A stretch of 64,000 nt of DNA, from positions 88,042,001 through 88,106,000 of the forward strand of contig NC_045697.1 in assembly GCF_009834535.1 (NCBI RefSeq), in the 5' to 3' direction. How positions within the stretch are numbered: the stretch's first letter is position 1; every line of letters starts with the position of its first letter. Position numbers and translations under genes: made by a program. Below, piece after piece: positions 1-11,749 of this stretch. A model generated the notes under the pieces. It searched no databases, was not told where the DNA came from, and worked only from the letters and a program-made list of their open reading frames with translations. Origin of the DNA: Camelus ferus (taxonomy: Eukaryota).

Positions 1-347
1 TAACCAAAGGGGCTTTCTGGCATATTTCATGAAACGAAACATTTATCCATTAAGCTGACTTGCAGCCTTTGAAATTTCTACTAAATTTGATTGAAGATAC
101 AGACATATATTATCTTCATATATCTCAAAATACATGAGTAAACAAAATAAAATTCTGGCACACTTAACACCTGGTGAGAGAATCACTGGGAGCAACAACC
201 TTTATAAGGAGCAGATTGAGAGAAATCTCACAAAGAGATAAGTAAAGAAACAGTGAGACAGGTAGGAGAGGGACAGTGAAGAGAGAGCACCGACAAGAAG
301 CCAGGTTAATAGAGGGCAACTTTCAGAAAGTAAAGAGAAAATGCCAC

Positions 348-353
<6 letters not shown>

Positions 354-406
<53 letters not shown>
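354..406. repeat. Compound microsatellite (TG)n(GA)n
   Basis: Uninterrupted TG run followed directly by a GA run; explains ORF 355..630 (CVCV...ERER). Confidence 0.97.
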
Positions 407-407
<1 letters not shown>

Positions 408-959
408 GGCTGGTGAGAGGAGGGCAGGAGTAACAAGGAATGAAAGGGAATCTTTCACTTCACTTCTGTGCAATATGACTACAAGAGTAATGGAATGGAG
501 ACAATTCCATTTGCTAAGTATCTTCTCCTGTCAGAAACTTTGTTCTCACCCCAGGTTGGATCATTCTCTCATGTCTGAAGGCCTGAGAAGACTTCAGAGG
601 AACTCCAGAAGAACTAAACACCAAGAATGAAATAAAACTCTAAAAGAGAACATTTGGCTAGATTTTAGTTACAAGTTAACTTAAATTTAGGAAAAAAATA
701 TTTGGAAATTATCCTTCATATTCAAATAATAAAGCACAATATTTGGGTTTATATGTTAAGACTTTTGGACCATGACTTATTTGCTACAATTCGATATTTC
801 TTCAAGTAGAAATTTGTATACCCATAATGAAGTTTTCATCATCTCAGTAATTTATGAATCTAATCATGATTGTTCCTCAATGAAATATATCGACCTGTTG
901 AGTACAGCAGGATAAATTTACAAACTAGTTTGATTGTCTTGTCAAATCTTGACTGCTTT

Positions 960-1930
960 TTAAAAAATTAATAAGCTTCATTTTTTAGAACAGTTTTAGG
1001 TTCACAGCAAAACTGAGAAGTACAGAATTCAAACATACTCACATCCCTTCCCACACTTAACTTCCCCCACTATAGAGCTCCCACACCAGAATAATATATT
1101 TGTTACAATTTAACATACATGGACAAATTATTATCACCCAAAGCCCATAGTTTTTATTAGAGGCCATTCTTGGTGTTGTACCTCCTATGAGTGTTAACAA
1201 ATGTATAATGACAGGTTTCCACCACTGCAGTAACGTACAGAATAGATTCACTGCCTTAAAACTCCTCTGTATTCCGCCTATTCACCCCTTCCTCGTCCCT
1301 AACCTTTGGTAACCAGTGAGCTTTTAAATGTCTCTGTATATTGCATTTTATAGGCTGTCAAAGAGTTGCAGTTATGCAGTATGTACCCTTTTCAGATTGA
1401 CTTCTTTCACTTAGTAATATGCATTTAAGTTTCCTCCAGGTCTTTTCATGGCTTGATGGCTCATTTCTCTTTAGTGCTGAATAATATTCCATTGTGTGGA
1501 TGTACCACAGTTTATTTATCCTTTTATTGTTTGAAGGGCATCTTGGTTGTTTCCAAGATTTGTCAGTCATATAGAAAGCTGCTATAAATATCCCTGTGCA
1601 GGTTTTTGTATGGACATAAGTTTCTAATTCATTTGAGTGAATACTGAGGTGCATGATTGCTAGATCATGTGATAAGAGTATGTTTAGTTTTGCTAAAAAC
1701 TTCCAAAATATCTTCCAAAGTGATTGTACCATTTTATATTCCCACCAGCAAAGAGTAAGACTTTCTGTTGCTCCACATTCTCACCAGCATTTGGTTTTGT
1801 CAGTGTTTTAAACTTTGACCGTTCTAATAGGTGTATAGTGGTATCTCATTTTAATTTGCAGTTCCTTGATGCTATATGATGTTGAACTTCCTTTCATATG
1901 CTTATTTCCCATCTGTATATCTTCTTTTCT
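960..1930 (-). mobile_element. Old LINE-1 (L1MC-like), 3' UTR plus ORF2 C-terminus, 5'-truncated
   Basis: Begins ttttagaacagttttaggttcacagcaaaactgag, typical of an antisense L1M 3' end. ORF 1358..1732(-) gives L1 ORF2 C-terminal motifs (WKQPRCPS, KLWYIHTMEYYSALK, ILLSERSQ). Subfamily tentative. Confidence 0.9.
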
Positions 1931-3169
1931 CTTGACCACTTTTGAAGTATCAATTAATAAGTCAATCTATTTAAATGAGATCTTTGAGGTTTTCACTTAA
2001 GATTGAGTATCAGACATATTTCATTAAAATTGCAGTCACTATAATAACAATTCATTGTTGCTATCTTAGCCTTCAATATCCTCAAAATCGAGAATATTTA
2101 ATATCCTCCAAAATATAAAGGGTTATATGAATCATTATTTTTATCTCTGTATCTCTGTCCATCCTAGGTTGTTTAATGAGAAGCCCTTCCTTTTTATTTA
2201 GGAAAAAGTTAATGTAGGAAGAAAGTTCAAAATACTACCAGATCTGGCTTTCTATCATATTCTCCTCAATAGAGCTGTGGAGGTGATGAGCAAAAATGTT
2301 CTGGATAACTGGCTAATTGGTTAGCTATTCATTTTAAAAGGTAATTTATTAAATATATTTATTGAGGGGGAATTTATATTCACAGAAAGAAACCCTGTAG
2401 AATACTCATTTCATATATTCCTGGAAAGGATTGTTGAACTTGGCAAATATTTGCTATTTTTTTTCTTTCTGATACTAACATGCATCCCTGCATCAGCCAA
2501 AGGCACTGAATGGTTAGACACTCCACTTGGTACCTGAATTTATGTGTTTAAAACTGTTTCCAGTTTCAATGTTTTAAATTAAATTAGGAATACAATGGGT
2601 AAAGTTTATTTCTCATTTCTAATTTGATTTAACTGTTTGTGGTGATAATAATAATAATATTCACCATGGCATTACTTTCAAAGAAAATAACTCCTCAAGT
2701 TCTTCCCATATTTCTCCAAAAGAAAAATCCCATAGATCCACATTACAGATTCAGTATAAAGTTCATCCTCAGCTCTGTCATTCATTAAAATACACATCTC
2801 ATTTTTCAAAGTTGCATTTCATGAACAAATTTAACTTGTTTAAGAGCATGCCCAATTCTATCATACACAGTCATTCTGTAGTATAGTCAATTTACATTTA
2901 AACATAAATCAATTTTAAGAGGATAACTAAAATTTCACTGTCATTAGAGGCAGATGGAAATTGAGGCAATTGAATCAAGGAGAAAGGAGACATTGATCTT
3001 GTGGCTGCACCATCCCTTGTCTCCAATAACCCTTCTAACCCTGTTCCATTGGCTTTGAATAATCAAGCTTCAGGAGCACGAGATAATCTTGATTGAAATA
3101 AAGCCATTTAAATTGAATTATGGCAGTATTTACTCAGTGCCTATTAAGAATACTAGGAATGAATGGGTA

Positions 3170-4050
3170 TAGATTTGTTTATTCCCGCAAAAATACTTAT
3201 TGAATATTGAGGAAACTATGCAAATTCACTGGTGGAAGATCACCAGTGATTAAAATGGGAAAGGATCCCTGTCTTGAACAAGTGCATCAGGTTTCCATCA
3301 AAGGAGCAGAACCACTAAGAGCGATATAGAGTAAGGGACTCAGTTTAGAGATTCAATCATGCGTGGACTCCTTAACAAACTCCCACCCTTATCTGTTTCT
3401 CACTGCCTGTAAACTGGGTTACATGTTGACCTGAGGAAGATGTTGGTACTATTGGCCATGGAGATGCACAAGTACCTGGCTCAGGACTTGAAAAGTTGAA
3501 GGCCTGGCTGCTACCTCATGTTAAGAAGATGAGCCAACAGATCAGCAACAACTCGAGTAGGAACAGCTACAACCGTGCTTGCTCCTATACTGATTTCCAG
3601 AGAGAAAATTACTTCTTTACTTCTGTATTATATATCTTACACAAATTTTTCTGGTGGCCACTTTAATCTAGACACACTCAGGGAAGGTGATTCTGGGAAA
3701 TATGTTTCCAGCTTAGTTAGTGTCCCCGAGTACAAAGACACTACAGTGATTATGTCGTTTGGGTGAGATGTTAATCACATAAGCACATAGACATGTAAAA
3801 GTATGACTGGTACAAGCATAATGGAAAAGAGGTTCAAAGTGCTTTGAAATAAAAGGAGTTGACTAGTCAGGGAAGTTTTTTTTTTTTCCTAAGCTTGAAT
3901 TCTCAACTGAAAGAGAAGAAAGCTTTTACTAAGCAAACTTAGAGATGAAGAAGCTTCTCAAAAAGTGAGAAGAGCAGGTGCAAATGTCTAGTGAGAGGGT
4001 CCATAGCACCTGTCTGAATCTATAGGTGGAATTTAATCTGGACTTTCAAC
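3170..4050 (-). mobile_element. Degenerate L2 fragments interrupted by an LTR-like insert (~3284-3730)
   Basis: L2-type antisense tail (tttgtttattcc..aaatacttattgaat). The middle part begins tgcatcaggtttccatcaaaggagcagaacc and ends ...gattctgggaaatatg, resembling ERVL/MaLR LTRs. L2-like purine-rich sequence resumes afterwards. Confidence 0.45.
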
Positions 4051-4349
4051 TATTAAGTCCTAAATCTATATATAGCTATATAACTACATTTAGTATATAA
4101 CCAAATACAGTCACAGACATCTGTACATGAGACATAATTATAGATAAATACTTAAAAGATTGAAACCATTCAATTTCTAGACATAGAAAGGTAGATACAT
4201 AGTACATACAATGAAAACAGCTCATCAGCTCATTTTCTAAATGTGTGTTATTTTAATTCAAGGTTATTTGTCAGTCCTTAACCTTTAGAAGCTTAAAATC
4301 AATCAAAAATAAGTCCATCAGAACAAAATAAATATATAATTATAAATTA

Positions 4350-4900
4350 TTTCAATTCATTCATTTAAAATTATTTATTGCATGTCTATAAAGCCCCAGA
4401 TTATTGTAGCCAGAGCTGAAATTGAGATATATTAAAATGTATATATAGGCAAATTGACTAAATTGAGAGTTTCAGCAGAAGGATGTATAGAAATAAACAA
4501 CTATACTACAGTGAAGATATGTATAAAATGCCATTAGCATAGGAGTGGGTTTATCAGCAAGGGAGTAATATTAGGAGTGATTTAAAGAACAAATCGTTTA
4601 GCAGCTGGACAAGCATTAAAGGAGTTTCAAGACAAGTTGAAAAAGTACTGAGAAGTGAACGAGCACATGTATTGAGTCCAGAGTACTCTGCGCAGCCTGA
4701 TTCCGTTTGAATAACAAGAGGGAATGGAGAGAGGTGTGCGCAGGGAGAGGACAGGATCAGATAGGAAAAGTTTATATATATGTTGAAAAATTAAAACTGT
4801 TCTAGAACTAAGAATGGATAATAAATTTTGACCAGGAAAAATAAATGATTAAAAAAACTAAACTAATACTGAATATAGATTGAAGATAGACAATACCAGT
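4350..4900 (-). mobile_element. L2 fragment
   Basis: Starts with ttcattcattt..atttattg (antisense L2 tail) followed by a degenerate purine-rich L2-like body. Confidence 0.55.
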
Positions 4901-5094
4901 CTAGCAACATTCCTCCCCGGGTTCCTTCTTGATTTCTTACTCTCTAGTCTAATCCTACTTAAAAAAAAAAAAAAAAAAAAGTTGAATTGTCTTCCTGCCT
5001 CCCTCTCTCATTTTTCTAATCACCTCAGTTAAAGGCCACCTAGGCTAATTTGTATTAATATGTCTCGAATGTGTAGTATATAGGTCTAGTCCTC

Positions 5095-5410
5095 TTCATT
5101 TATTCAGTAAGTTAAGTATCTACATTGTGTTCAGCCTAACGCCAGGTAACAATATGGAAGAGAAAATTGAAAAAAATAGGAAGAAATAAAAGAAATAAGC
5201 AATAATATGAAGGGAAAATTAACTTAGATAACCAGTGAGGGGGATTTTTAATATGTAACCTTCAGGATGAAAAAGAGAGAGTCATGAGAGAAGTGAGGAA
5301 GATGGTATTCCAGAATGGGAAAAAAATGCATAGATATCTCATTCCAGGAACTAGAAGAATAATAGTACAGGTTATGAATTTAGGCAGGGCTTGAAAGTCA
5401 GCTAAAGAGT
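5095..5410 (-). mobile_element. L2 fragment
   Basis: ttcatttattcagtaag..gtatctacattgtg antisense L2 3' end and a degenerate body. Confidence 0.45.
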
Positions 5411-5974
5411 AAATCTAAGTAACTCAGTTGTACATGATTTTTAAAGTATCCCTGAAAGGTCATGAAAAAAATATGAAATACACTTTATATGTCCAGTTCA
5501 GGATCCTTTCTCTTACAGTAGATTGAACAAAGATCCAAAATTGTAAACAAAATAGAGCTAAATCAATAAGAGAGTTAAAAATTAGACTGTAAGTTTTCAA
5601 ATAATATTCTGTGTTAGGTACAAGAGACAAAATGAATGGGGCCCTTTCTGTCTTTTATAACGAGGCTTATGCCTAAAATTGTTAAAGAAAATTGCTAGAT
5701 GCTCTCCAAAATTTGGACATTTTTTCAATGAGCCTCGGAAAGTGAGCCAAAATTAAAACCAATTATGGGCCTTCTAAAAAAACTACTGACTCACAATAAA
5801 AATAAGAGCAAAATTCCTCTGATCTCTTAGAATTGAGAGCCAGTGGAGAGACATAGGTGGATGTTACAAACAGAAGGATTACTGGAAGAAACAACTATCC
5901 ACACATGCTAAGAAACAGAAGGGTGTTATTCAAACTCTGCTCAGTAATTTCACTCAAAGGAACCATATTTTAAA

Positions 5975-6660
5975 TATAAAGACTCAGTTGATAGAACAAA
6001 GGATAAAAATAAAGATTATTGGGAAAAAATAGTGCAGAAATAGACCAACACATAGAGTCTATTGAGTTTTTTCCAAAAGATGCCAAGACAATTGAAAGAG
6101 AAAGGATACTCTTTTTAACAAATGGTTCCAGAACAATTGAGTATCCATATGGAAAATAGTATACTTCAACTCTCACTTCACAGCCTACACGAAAATTAGT
6201 TCAAAGTAGGTCACATTTCTAGGTGTAATAATTAAAACACTAAAACTTCAAGAAGAAAACATAGGAGAAAATATTCATGACAATGGAATAAGCAAAAATT
6301 TAGATCAGATTACTAAATATGTAAGAAAAACTTTGTAAATTGTACTTCATCAAAATGAATAATTTCTCTTCTTTTAAAGATACTGTTAAGAAAATGAGAA
6401 TTCATACCATCAGAGGAAAAGAACTTGTATCAAGAATATATTTTAAAAATCATACTACTTACATATGACTATGTATAAAGATATATAAAGAACTCTTACA
6501 GTTGATTTAAAAGGTAAATAGCCCAAAATTTTTTAAAGAAGGTAAGTTATTTGAACAGGAACTTCACAAAAGAAGCCAAACAAATAGCCAAAATGAAAAG
6601 AAGCTTAATATCATTAATCAAGGAGTGACTAAAAGTACAATGAAATGCCACTATACACAT
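5975..6660 (+). mobile_element. Old LINE-1 (L1M) ORF2 3'-region fragment
   Basis: agaaatagacc..gatgccaagacaattg..ctttttaacaaatggt..gaagaaaacataggagaaaatattcatgac..cttcatcaaaat are characteristic L1 ORF2 segments; reading frame is disrupted. Confidence 0.85.
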
Positions 6661-7196
6661 TCTCACACGCAACACTTATATAGAGTCAATAATTCCTCTG
6701 GATGTAGCCCCAAAATGGCTTTCCTTTTTTGTTCCCTCATTTCTGATTCTTCACAGATGGTAAAAAAATGAAAGGAAAAAGAATTTTTAATTCCTGGCAG
6801 AAGGCATGTTTACTCTGAATTTTAAACTGTAGGTATTTATATAATTATTTTAATAATATGGAAAGTCTCATTTACTTATTTGATGAAAACAACCAATTTT
6901 ATTATTCTCATTGAAATTATTTGATTTCTTTAGACAGAAACTCAGTCCTTACTGAGTTCTTCTACAGCAAGCTGGATATATATTGTTTTAATTTCTATTT
7001 TTAGTTAATTGTTTTGAAAAATGCTACACCAAAATATTTGTAATGATTATAGCTAATTTCTAATTATTCAGTGAAGATGAATATATATATTAATTTTTAA
7101 AATAAAAACTAGTCAAATTAAGGAATCTATGCAATAGTAATTATGTGGAAGCTGTCTGCAGTTTGTACTGAAATTTTATTTTCTTTGCTAGAATTC

Positions 7197-7215
7197 TGCT
7201 GCCATCTGCTGGTCA
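7197..7215 (-). promoter_or_regulatory. CTCF-binding motif candidate
   Basis: Minus strand reads TGACCAGCAGATGGCAGCA, a close match to the CTCF core (TGGCCACCAGGGGGCGCTA / CCASYAGRKGGCRS); lies in apparently unique sequence. Confidence 0.65.
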
Positions 7216-7682
7216 CTACATCCTGTATTGGGAAGATGGAATCCATAGGTACTGTGACTCCTTGCAAATACCAAGAGACACAGAATTTTCCCCATCAGTT
7301 GACCTCAATTCTATGATGTATCTGTCCACTAAAGGAGAAACATGAATCCGTATAGAGTTTGAATTAGATTGTACCTTTTAAATGTGAAGTGACCTAAGAA
7401 ATTATATACCTTTCTCATTTTACTGAAGTCAAATTTAAGACTCCAAAATCAGAATGACTTTATCCAATTACCAGTTAAACTCAATGAGTCAGTGTTGAAC
7501 CCAGGTATACAATATAGAACTTGTCTTTATTTAAATGAAGCTTAGCCAGAATTCACCTCTACTGAACACAATATCACACATGCTCCAAATTATTTGTAAA
7601 AATGAGATAGCAGACAGTAACATGAAGAATACTGAAATGTAGCAACATTTTTTGAGGTACCCTTAAACACTGCATACAAAAA

Positions 7683-7830
7683 CTTCCTTCCCTCCCTCCC
7701 TCCCTCCTTCCTTCCTTCATTCGTTCGTTCCTTCCATTTTTTTCTCCTTTCTCTCTCTCTCCTCCCCACTCCTTTCTCTTTCTTTCCCTCCCTGTCCCTA
7801 TCTTCTTCCTTCCTTCCTTTTTTCTTTTGA
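7683..7830. repeat. (TTCC/TCCC)n pyrimidine-rich low-complexity tract
   Basis: cttccttccctccctccctccctccttccttcc...; explains ORF 7574..7879(-). Confidence 0.9.
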
Positions 7831-7879
7831 CCATTGGAACACTACTGAAGACCCTGTTTATGACTGATGGGGACAGCAA

Positions 7880-8075
7880 GGGATAAAGTTAAAAAGACTG
7901 GGCTTTATCATTTGGTGTAAATTTTAATCCTATTTCTACCATTGATAAACCACGTGATTCTTAGGCAATTTATTTAGTCTTCCTAAACCTCAGTGGCTTC
8001 ATCAGTAAATTAGAGATAGAAATAATGGCATGATGTCATGCAGAGATTGTGAGCATTAAATAAGATTGTGAACAC
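7880..8075 (+). mobile_element. MIR SINE
   Basis: Core similar to MIR (..ttaggcaatttatttagtcttcctaaacctcagtggcttcatcagtaaat..gattgtgagcattaaataagat). Confidence 0.7.
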
Positions 8076-8689
8076 TCAATTATATTCACTTAAGCAAGAA
8101 ATACTATAAACAAAAAAAAGAATTTGTGTAAGAATTTGAATTATGTATATAATGGGCTTAGAAAATGTGCAGGATATACTGAATTCAAAAAAAATAGATA
8201 ATAATGTTGTCACTCCTACTACTATGTTGCAGTTTTATTCCAAGTAATTATACTTCTATTAATATTAATTCATTATGAATTAATGAAATTATGAGTTAAT
8301 TCATAATTAGTGAATTGTGAGTTATTAGTTCATTATGGCTGGCCCAGCCTTTGATATTTAGTATATTCCATAAAATTTCCCCCAAAACCAAGGTGAGATC
8401 TGTGAAATTTGTAAGTGATATGATTTAAGGATATTGAGAACTCCTTCCCCTTTTCCAGATTAAAATTAGTGCTTACATCAGTCATATCAGAGTGGGTAAG
8501 TCTCAGTGTGCCTTTGGGTGAAATACTGACAATTACATTTTAATGCCAATTTTTGTTTGGGGGATGGGCAGACAAAGCTGTATTATTCTCTGCTGATGTA
8601 GTGTAGACATGAGTCAGGTAGTTTAAGGAAAGGTAGGGAAGGGGGTGATGGAACTGGGTACTATATTGCTGTGATGGACATGCAGCTCA

Positions 8690-10915
8690 GGTCAAGACCT
8701 TGGGCTGTAGGTGTGTTCTTTGTTACTGGGATGTCATTACTTCTAAGCTCTTCGGGTGACAGAGCAAGGGAAATTGTGTTTACCAACTTGTTATACACAC
8801 AATCTATAAATTTTCCACATGTAACCGTCTGTATCTATATTAAACTAAAAATGAGTTTATGCTGTTATCACAAACCCTAATCCATAACCACAGGGGATAT
8901 TTTAGCTCTCCTTGCTTGCTTATTTGTAAACCACTCTAACAGTGAAAAATCTGACTCTCACCACCTGCCGTTTATTTACTTAGTTGTTCATTTCCAGTAT
9001 ACTTTATACCAGTACAAGAAACGTTAACCTGTACTCTCATGGGAAAAAAGAAACAAAATTTAATCAACTAGAGTAGAGTGTTTATGTCCATGTCTTTTTG
9101 CTTTAATTTTTCTTAAGTATTAACAACTCCATTCATTTCCAAAGTTACTTAGGTAGGGTTTTCCTCCCATTCCCTTCAGTGAGATTTTTTTTTTCACACA
9201 TTTGTAATATGGTTCTATTCTCTTGTCACCATCTGGATTCCATCCTAGGCTCCCCAAAACTTCTAAATGATTTCTTTTTTAATTTGCATACATTAAGGTT
9301 TAATCTTTATGCTATAAAGCTCTATAGGTTTTGATAAATGCATAGTGTCATATTTCCACCATTATGGTATTGTTCAGAATAATTTTATCACCTTAAATAT
9401 CCATTGTGTTTCACCTATTCAACCCTCCCTGAGAAACCTTGGCAACCTCTGACCTTTACTTTCTCTGATTTTGCTTTTTCCAGAATGTTATATATTCGGA
9501 CATACAGTAAAAAGCCTTTCCAGTCTTATTTCTTTCATTTAGCAATATGCATTTGAGGTACCTTCAAATCTGTTTTGTGGCTTGAAAGGCTATTTCTTTT
9601 TTATCACTGAATAATATTTCATTATGTGGATATACCACAGTTTGCTTATCCATTCATCTATTGAAGGCCATCTTGGTTACTCACATTTTTTGGTGATTAT
9701 GAATAAAACTGCTAAAAAAATTCACTGGCTATGAATGAGACTTCCTGTTGCTTCACATCCTAATCAGTATTAGGTTTTGTCAGTTTCTCAGATTTTAGCC
9801 ACTCTAATAGGTATGCAGAGGTTTTACTTTGCAATTCTCTAGTGACCATTGATGTTGAACATTTTTGCATATGCTGTTCTATTATCTGTGTCTTCTTTAA
9901 TGAGTTACCTGTTCAGATCCATTGCCCATTTTTAATTAGGTTGCTTTGTTTACTTATTAAAATTTAAATATTATTTGTATATTTTGGATACAAGTCTTGT
10001 ATCAAATATGTATTTTACATGTATTTTTTCCAGTCTGTGGTTTGTCTTCTCATTCTCTTAAAAAGTATTTTCATTCTCTTAACTGACTTACTCTTTTACA
10101 GAGCAGACATTTTTTATTTTAGTAAAATCCAAGTCATTTTTTTTTTCCTTTGTAGTTCATGCTTTTGAAGTTGTACCTAAAAACTCATTACCAAACACAA
10201 GGCTGTCTGGATCTTCTCCTTTGTTTTCTTCTAAAAGTTTTGGAGTTTTGCATTTTACATTTAGAATTGTGATTCATTTTGAGTTAATTTTTGTGAAAGG
10301 TCTGTTTCTGTTGTTTCTGTGTCTAGTTTTTTTTTTTCTTTTCTTTTTTCTTTTTTGGCATAGGGATATCTTATTGTTCCAGCACTATTTGTTGAAAAGA
10401 CTATCCTTTCTCCACTGAATTGCTTTGGCTTCTTTGTCAAAGACCAGGTGCCTGTATTTGTGTGTGTCTATTTCTGGGCTCTCTGTTCTGTTCTGTTTAT
10501 ATGTATATATGTCTATTCTTTTCCATTACCAGGAGCTGTTTTGATTACTGTAGCATGATAGTAAGTCTTGAAATCAAGTAATGTGAGTCCTTCAAATTTG
10601 TTCTTTTTCTTCAATATTGTGTTGTCTCCTCTTGGTCTTTTGCCTTTCCATATAAAGGGTAGATTGCTGAGATTTTGACTGAGATTTTGTTGAATCTGTA
10701 GAACAAGTTAGCAAGAGGAACTGACATTTTAATAATATCTTCCAATCACAAACATGGAATATTTCTCCATTTATTTTGATCTTTAATTTCTTTCATCAGA
10801 GATTTTATAGTTTTCCATGTATAAATTCTGTATGTATATTGTTAGATTTATGCATAAATATTTTGGTGCCATTTTAAATGGTATTTTTTTATTTCAAACT
10901 TTAATTGTTCCTTCA
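8690..10915 (-). mobile_element. LINE-1 (L1MD-like), 3' UTR and ORF2 3' part
   Basis: L1MD-type antisense 3' UTR (aagaccttgggctgtaggtgtg..atctatattaaactaaa) runs into antisense ORF2 (ttccagcactatttgttgaaaagactatcctttctccactgaattgc; ttttgattactgtagc). Apparent internal deletion near 9725. Confidence 0.9.
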
Positions 10916-11749
10916 TTTCTGCCTTCATTTTTCATAATGTCTTATTTTTTAATAAGATATTAAAGGTAGAGTGAATTCCTTCATTTGTCACTTTGAGGAC
11001 CTAAATATACTTTAAAAAATTTCAGTCTATTCTACATAATTATTTTTCTATGAGGTTAATTAATATTGTAGATTTTTTGACTACTTATTAGAATTCTATC
11101 TTTGAAGTGTTGGTTTGAAGGCTCATTTGACAGAGAAGTATTTTTGTTGGTTCATTTTCTCCCTTTCTTCACCCTTCTGGATAGTAACTAGATCCTCAAA
11201 TGAGAACCAGAACTATAATTAATGACATTTCAGTGCACCTGTTTGTAATTATATTGACAATGGCATCAAGTCAGTGGGTGGTTTAATTCAGTTCTGTATT
11301 GAGAGGCTTCCCCTACTTCTTTAGGCTTACAACTTGCCAAAGACTGTGACTTTAGGTGGTGGTCAGAATCAGTTTCCTTAACTTGCTTTCATGAGGGGAC
11401 TGAAGATGCTACTTCCATAGCTTTTGGATTCTCTGTCTGACCTTGGATCCAGTAACTCTGTCATGTGGAACACTAAGTTCTCATTGCCTCTAAGAGCTGA
11501 GTTGCCTTTTTTGACTTGTAGTTTAGCACCATACTTCATTTTGCATATTAGTTCTACTTCTTGTACAAGGACCCCTTTTTACCCCTATTTTTATATATTA
11601 TCCTACTCTATTGATTGTCCTAATATCTTGCACTGAGTTTGAGCTTCTGCCATTCTACCTTTGAGTCAATTTCCAAATTTCAAGTCATTTTCCCTCTAAT
11701 GCTTGTCTGTTTACTTCAGTTTTTTATTAAACAGATATTGCTCACAATA

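Noticed and set aside
355..630. 91-aa ORF
   Set aside because: The N-terminus is translated (TG)n(GA)n microsatellite; the rest resembles no protein I recognise.
1358..1732. 124-aa ORF as a host gene
   Set aside because: It is the degenerate C-terminus of L1 ORF2 inside a truncated old L1.
4961..4980. Isolated poly(A) run as a retrocopy tail (similar runs near 42771, 50227, 58673; poly-T near 13002)
   Set aside because: No SINE or mRNA body and no TSD visible; simple homopolymer expansion is sufficient.
7574..7879. 101-aa K/R/E/G-rich ORF
   Set aside because: Translation of the TTCC/TCCC low-complexity tract.
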